NCBI RefSeq assembly: GCF_009914755.1
Contig: NC_060925.1
From: the human T2T-CHM13v2.0 reference genome, Homo sapiens
Direction: 5' to 3' (one strand)
DNA length: 64,000 nucleotides
The notes under the pieces were generated by a model. That model worked only from the letters and a program-made list of their open reading frames with translations, searched no databases and was not told the DNA's origin. The position numbers and the translations under genes are program-made. Positions within the stretch are counted from its first letter, which is position 1. Each line of letters opens with the position of its first letter. Shown here piece after piece: positions 54,011 through 64,000 of the stretch.

Positions 54011-55860
54011 GGCTCCATAAAAGCAAATGAGATTTAGCAACATAGCTATTTTTGAGGGCAGGGTCCTTGCTCATGTTTGACCCCCAGTTTTATTACAATG
54101 CCTGGCATGGAACAGAGGCTCAGGAAGAATCTTACAAATTCGAGCCGGTTTGGTATCGAGAGTCCCTGCATGCCGCAAGGGCCGACCCAGTGCCGCCTCA
54201 TATCTGAAGCTGCCCAGTCCACCACGTCAAAGCTGCTGCTGAAGCCAACAACCTTGTTCCCATGGCAGTGGCTGCAAAGAACATACAGGCCTGTTAGCCA
54301 CTCCGAGCTCACTCATCCTGGGAAGCTGCCTCTGGGGCACATGTTCCTGTCTCCTGGTCCAGACAGAGGAAGTGACCCACAGAGAAGAGGGCACAGCCAC
54401 CTCCCACTCTGAGCCAAGCAGAGCCAGCTCGGAGACAGGTCGGCTCCTCCAGGCTCCCTCCTCTGCTCCACCCTCCTCCCTGAGCTGTCACTGATGCATA
54501 GGTGGGTCACAGGTGTGCAAGCTCTTTGCAGCATCCTTCCTGCCCTAATTACTTCAAACACCAAAGACTTTTGAGTAGCTAAAGATCACAAGCTCAGACC
54601 ACAAGACAGGTGATCAAACCTTTTTTTTACAAAAAGGGAGAAGGCATGAGTTGAGGGGAGAGGAAGGACACACACGCTCACATTTGCCAACCCAAAAATG
54701 CAATTTATAAAATGAAAATCTGGTGTCACGTTCAACTAAATTAACAATTTGTAGATAATTCACAATGCTCATGCCATTAAGCAAATGCACTTTAAATTGA
54801 TTTCAAATTAGCGGGCTAATGATTCCCCCCAAGTCCAGTCTCTGCCAGCCCCCAGTGCAGTGTTTTTAATAAGAGGTAGGTGTGCAGTAGCAGCCTGTTT
54901 ATTCCATAATTGAAGCCGTAATTGAACCTGAGGTCATAGCCAAGGGCCCTATTGATCTGCATAGAGAGGAAAAGTGCTGACAGTGACCATCATCAGGCCA
55001 GAGGGGCTGGTGGGCCATGGGAGGCTCCTGCAGTTGTGTTGCATTTTGAGCTCATTTCCTGTATGACCTGAAGGTAGCTGTGATGGCTAACGGGGGAGCT
55101 AAATAACCTTGAGACACGCAGAACTCTGATTCCCAGTCCTGCAGATTGTACTCAGAACTGCCCTAAAAGCATGTCAAAGATCTATGTGATCCTCTAATAT
55201 TCCTAGGGCCCCAGAATGAACTCTCTGTACCTTCTCTTTGCTTACCATGCCTGCCTGGCCTCTAAGTCTCCAGGACAAGGAAATCCAAGCCAAAGTACAC
55301 CACAAATGTGTACTCTCCCTCCTCATCCTAAGTTTGGAGTCCTTTATCCTTTAACCCTCAGCCAAAAGCTCTCTTGACCCCAACTCAGAAAGGCAGGGTG
55401 AAAGGTCTATGCTCCTGTTGGCATAGCCCTGATTGCTCCCATCTCTCAAAGCGTAAAACATTACCCATCTTTACTGCTGCCTCTACAAGGGCTACGAGAA
55501 CCTTTAGCTCCATCTGAGGAGGACACAGGAGCCTCATTTTATTCTACACCAGCTACTTTGGCTGTTCTGAATTGAGAGCTCTTTTCTCCAAAGAGTATAG
55601 CAGAGAAGAGGAAGTGGGAGGAGAAGATGACAGGGATAAAGAGAGGTCCAGGGATAAGGAGCAAGGAGGATGATAGACCTGGTGTTCAAAAGACAGAGAG
55701 TGGCTGGGCAGGGTGGCTCATACCTGTAATCCAAGCACTTTGGGAGCCTGAAGCAGGAGGATCATTTGAGCCCAGGAATTCAAGGCTACAGTTAGCTATG
55801 ATTGCATCCCTATACTCTGGCCTGGGTGACAGAGCGAGATCCCATCTAAAAAAAGAAAAA

Positions 55861-55943
55861 GGACAGTGAGAGACAGAGACAAAGGGACAGAAACATGCAG
55901 AGAGACAGAGACAGAGAAACAGAGACAGAAATAAAGACAGAGG

Positions 55944-55975
<32 letters not shown>

Positions 55976-56048
55976 CACAGACAGAGAGACAGAGAGCTAG
56001 AAACAGACAGGCAGAGATACAGACAGAGAGAGGCAGAGACACACACAG
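55861..56048 (+). repeat. (GA/GACA)-rich simple repeat following a partial Alu (55702-55860)
   Basis: Directly visible. Confidence 0.85.
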
Positions 56049-56328
56049 ATTGATTTTACAGAGGAGTCAGTGTGTGATTAGAAATCTTGTGACCCCAGCA
56101 TCAGAGAGGATAGCAGCAGGATGAGGCAAACTCAGCACTGGGTGCTGTAATGAACGGATCAATGTCTAGGACAGTCTATAAAGTACTCCATGTGTGCCCC
56201 TGGGATTGTTGAGCTGTCTATAAAACAGTCCCAGTTTGACAGTTTGAGCCTAAAGTTATCTAAACACTATACACAAACTGGGAGTAGATATGTTGCCCCA
56301 AATCTCACAGAATCTAAGGAAAATGTGA

Positions 56329-57076
<748 letters not shown>

Positions 57077-57429
57077 TAGGGTAGCGGGGATGAAGACCAC
57101 ACTCCTGGCTCTCCTTGGCTGGAGTCTTCTCTCAGGCACATTCTAGCCTGAGGTGTGGAAGAAGAAAAGCAGGTGATTTATTCTAAACTCTGCACCATCT
57201 CACTCAGATTCCATTACAGGAGTCAGTCATGGTAATAGCCAAAGAGAAGAAAGATGTGAGAGGAGAATAGTTTCCAGGGAGGGATTAGTAGGGAATAGTC
57301 ATCTAATCAATATTGATCAATAGAGTGACCTAGAAAACTCTAAGGCCACAACTATTGAAACAGAGCCTCCCCCTAGAACATCTCCACTGATCAAGAGAAG
57401 ACAGAAAAGTTAAAATCAGAAAGGAGAAA

Positions 57430-58612
<1,183 letters not shown>

Positions 58613-59152
58613 AACAAATATTTTTAAATGGTCACCCTGTCACTACAAAATCTAAGTCATTATCTGTCACTTACTTCTTGTGGGCCACAAGATTTACAGA
58701 GCTTATTCCTTCCTTCCATCTTGAGGTAAATGGAAACATAGCTGCCCATTGGACACATGGACTCCTGCAGAGGTACCACTGCAGACTAGGCAATCTAAGG
58801 CTGAACTGGCAGGTGTCATACTAAGAGGAGATGGTGAACCGAGATCTGTGGACTTTCTGCCCTTTCTCATGGCATTACTGATGGGTTCACAACACCTGAG
58901 GCTGGACACACCCCATGGAGCTGCCAAAAGGGCTTAGAATCCCATAGCCCCTCTCCCTAGAGCAGAACAGAACGGCTGTAGCAGTAGCACCTCGATGAGT
59001 TTCAAGAGATTCCAAATGAGGATGGAATTATAGTCCAGCCTTGTGATTTCCAGCAGCTATCATTGCAGCTTGACCCAGCAATGGCAGGACGCAGTGACCA
59101 CGCACTTCTGGGCAGCTCCATGAGAGCGAGGAGAAGGTGAAGGGGAGGGAGT

Positions 59153-59235
59153 TCCAGCACCTCGGACAGAGGTGTCCCCCTCCCGAAGCCCAGGCGTCCG
59201 GCCGATTCAATTGTTTCAGCACCAGGGACAGGGAC
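59153..59235 (+). promoter_or_regulatory. Two tandem REST/NRSF (RE1/NRSE) motifs
   Basis: TCCAGCACCTCGGACAGAGGT (59153-59173) and TTCAGCACCAGGGACAGGGAC (59215-59235) versus consensus TTCAGCACCnnGGACAGnGCC. Confidence 0.75.
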
Positions 59236-59679
59236 TCACACATTAAATGGCTATGGAAATAGACTGGGTTGATAAAAAAAAAAAGTACTTGAGGACAGCG
59301 GTCTTCCCACGATTTGCTATTTACACACAACGCTACTGCTTCCAGCTTTGTATAACAAATTCAATTTTGACAGCATTAAAAATGTATGTGTGATGAGAAG
59401 ATTGGTTTGGAAAACACCCAACATTTACCTCCCTTCTACTGCCACCTCCTTCTTCCAATCCAGGTGCTTCCCAAAGGACCCACACTTCAAGGAATGCCCA
59501 GGTAAATGGGGTTTCTCATAGTTAGAGTTGTCAGCCCAGCACATGGGTAGAAGAACAGAACCCCTGGGACCCACCTTATTTTCTGAAACATAGACACAAA
59601 AAGTCTTTCCTCTCTAAGAGGGTGAAGAGAAGCTATTTTATAATCTCTCCTTTAAAATCTGTGCCACCATCAATTAACT

Positions 59680-61160
<1,481 letters not shown>

Positions 61161-61717
61161 TTATGGTGATGATAACCTCTCCTTGTCTCCCATCAGGAGC
61201 AATTTTTTCTCCAAAATTAACGATGCACTTTCCCAAGTCAACCATGCTCCTTTCCTCTGGTGTCTCTCATGACACCAGATGTAATGTGATGTGAGATATG
61301 GTGAGAGAAATTGAGTAGGGTCACATACGATGGTTTAGTTATTTATTGTTGAAAGAATTAATGAGTGGTAGCTTTGGAACCACCTGGCTCATCTAGAAAT
61401 AGAATATATTGCCACTTCTATGCTGGTTCTTCTCAAGCCCTTTTAACTCATGGGCTACCAGTTGGTGAGGGAGGGCTGGCAGAGTGCTTAATCCACTCTT
61501 ATCATCTAAGAAACAAACCTCACCACAGCCAGGGAAGTCTGGGCTCACACTGATGGGAGGCCAACAGGGAGACCATACACAATCAGTTATGCAGTGAACA
61601 AAAGCATCAATATACATGATAATTAAAGTATTAATAAAACAAGGGTATCACTTCCCAGACCACCCAGAGGACCCAAAGAGACCATCAGTGCATGGTGGGC
61701 AAGCCCATGAGACTCAG

Positions 61718-62193
61718 TGATGGAGGGCGGGTGAGCTCCCAAATTGGGGCTTAGCCCAGGAGGGTTCTTGGCTTTGCCCAGGAAAGAATTAAAGGGCAGG
61801 CTGGTGTTGTTAGACAGCAACTTCTATTGAAGTGGCAGTGCCCAGCAGCAACAGAGGCACTGCTCCTTGCAGAGCAGGGCTACCCCAGAGGCAGTGTGCC
61901 CACAGTAGAAGCTCAGAGGTACTTCTGCAGCCATATTTACACATACTTTTTATTATATGTAAATTAAGGGGCAGATTGTGCAGACATTTCTAGAAAAGGT
62001 GTGGTAACTTCTGGGTCATCAAGTCATTGCCATGGAAAGGGGTGGTAACTTCTGGGCGTCACGATAGCAACAGCACACTGACACGGCACACTGGTGGGTG
62101 TGTCTTATGGGGAGGTGCTCCCCTCCTGTCCCTGTTTTAGCTAGTCCTCAATCCAAGCCTGGCCTCTGGAGTTGAGTCCTGCCTTCTACTTCA
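61718..62193 (-). mobile_element. ERV1-class (MER-type) solo LTR
   Basis: TG...CA termini and typical LTR body (gccatggaaaggggtggtaacttctggg); subfamily not determined. Confidence 0.65.
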
Positions 62194-64000
62194 TCACCAG
62201 CCACAGGTGCCTTGGGGATCTGCACCAGATATGACTGCCAGGAAGGAAGCAAACTGAACAATGAAGGGAAAACAAGGATCACATGGCTTAGCGTCAGGGC
62301 TCCTCCTCCCTCACTAATTCATTCGAGGATACCAGGCAACGGCCTTCCTGTCCCTGGGCCTTATTCTTCTCAATTGTAAAACCAGGGGGTTGGTTTGAAT
62401 TCCATGATCCTTCAGCTCCAACAGTCCGGAAGTCTGTCAGTGGCCCTAGCACCTGTACTTTCCACATCGCTTTTGCTTCCACACCTGAGTATCCCCACTG
62501 GTGCTCCTAAAACTGCCAGTAAGTATGAAAAGCCTGTATTGTTGTGCCCATTTCTCAGGATGAGACCTCAAGGTCACATGGGACTATTCACAAACTTACA
62601 AACTGCCTGAGCTAGCGAGAATAAAGATGCCATTACAACTCCACCAGGTAAACCCTTCCTTTCCCAGAGGGGACTACCAACAGCTCGTTCTGCAGGGCCT
62701 TCCTCATTTCACTCCCCAGATATTCCCTTCCATTCCTCCCAGCCCCCTTCTGTTACTTTCCTGTGAACTCTGGCTATTGTCAAGAGGTGTGAGGGGCTAT
62801 GAAGATGGCTGTGCACCACACACACTCTCCGTATGTATCGCTATTTTAGTTTTAAGACCACTGTCAAACTTCACCATTGAGGTCCTTCCACTGGGCTTGT
62901 AATTGGAATCTGTCCGCTCATTAACATGAGGAAGGTGGGGAGGACGCTCTGGGCTTTATCCACCAGTCCTCATTTAGTAGGTGTTCCCTTTGCAGCTCCT
63001 GGGCCTTGGAGGAATCTGTGTCCTGCTGTGTGTGCCTGTTTGTTAAGGAAATTACCATTTGCCCACACATATAAATCTACAACACACCCTCTTATCATTT
63101 CCGATTGTTCCACAGGCAACACTGAGAAGCCTGGGCAGAGTTGAGGCTATTTTGGAGATGCCGACACCTCTTTGTGCTACCATCAAAGGAGTCTTAGCCA
63201 CCCAAAGAGCTCGTGGAACAGCTTCCAGTCCTCATGAGTTCACTGTGTCCTCAGCACTGCTGTCAGGGATTCACATCCATCACCTCATTCAATCCTCAAA
63301 TAACACCAATCTACATATTTTATATGAGAACACTGAGATTTAAGTGGCTTGCTCAGTATCACAGGAATGGGAAGCAGACACCCTTAATTACCCAACTTCT
63401 ACATCATCTCCATGATTCTTGCAATCTTTGGCAAATAAGATCATCATGGGAGGAGAGGAAGAGATAGGGGTCACGTGCTTCATGGGGGTGGGGACTCCCC
63501 AAAGCATCTCTCACTATTTCTTCCCTGAAGATATTCTGCCTTCCCTCTGGAGGAAATTTCTCCTCCATAGAATGAGTCTTGGGGCTCCAAATCTTGGTTC
63601 TTTCACTACCTTTGTGGTCTAATTGGTCTAATCATCCCCCTGTCCCCTAGTCTGTTGGTAAGAATTCTCTTTTATGCCAGAAACATAAAAATCCTGGGCA
63701 GGACCACGTTAGGGACATGATGCTACCCAGAGGCTCAAGCAATGTGGTCAACCCCTGCCTGTCTCTCTCTAACTCCCAGCTCTGCGTGTGTCTGCTTGGA
63801 ATCATTCTATAGGCAGGCTCGCCCTAGCTGGCAGCCGAGAGGGTCCCCAGCAGGCCCAGACATGTATCCTCCCAGAAAATTCCTTCCCCAAATCCATAGA
63901 CCAACACCAGGAAAAATTCAAATGGTTCTGCTTGGGTCACATATCTAAACCTGAACATTTCACTGTGACAGATGGATGGGGTAATCTGATGAACCAGTGT

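Noticed and set aside
54923-54936. Thyroid hormone response element (DISP3 is reported to be T3-regulated)
   Set aside because: TGAACCtgAGGTCA does not have DR4 or classical TRE spacing, and I did not find a convincing DR4 by eye

Overview
Human/primate genomic DNA (Alu, L1, L2, MIR, MaLR and ERV LTR repeats) containing the complete coding region of DISP3 (PTCHD2; Dispatched/Patched RND-family sterol-sensing-domain protein) on the + strand. I reconstructed 20 coding exons by hand from 7931 to 45014. Splice phases are consistent throughout, and the total is 4179 nt = 1392 aa + stop. An ATTAAA poly(A) signal lies at 45858. The first coding exon starts at a splice acceptor 3 nt before the ATG, so the promoter and first exon are probably upstream of the window. 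The remaining ~18 kb is repeat-rich intergenic DNA. I cannot support a wholly new gene system here. Points most worth a second look: (1) five unrelated minisatellites around coding exons 9-12, including a ~1.84 kb T-free 11-mer array that is open in all six frames; (2) a weak-acceptor, frame-symmetric exon flanked by partly complementary G-rich and C-rich arrays; (3) a GC-AG intron; (4) a tandem pair of REST/RE1 sites downstream of the gene; (5) a full-length antisense THE1 element with DUX4 motifs inserted inside an Alu; (6) protein features: repeated N-x-S/RxRR modules, twin acidic dileucine motifs and a possible 13th TM helix. Repeat subfamily calls are by eye and approximate.
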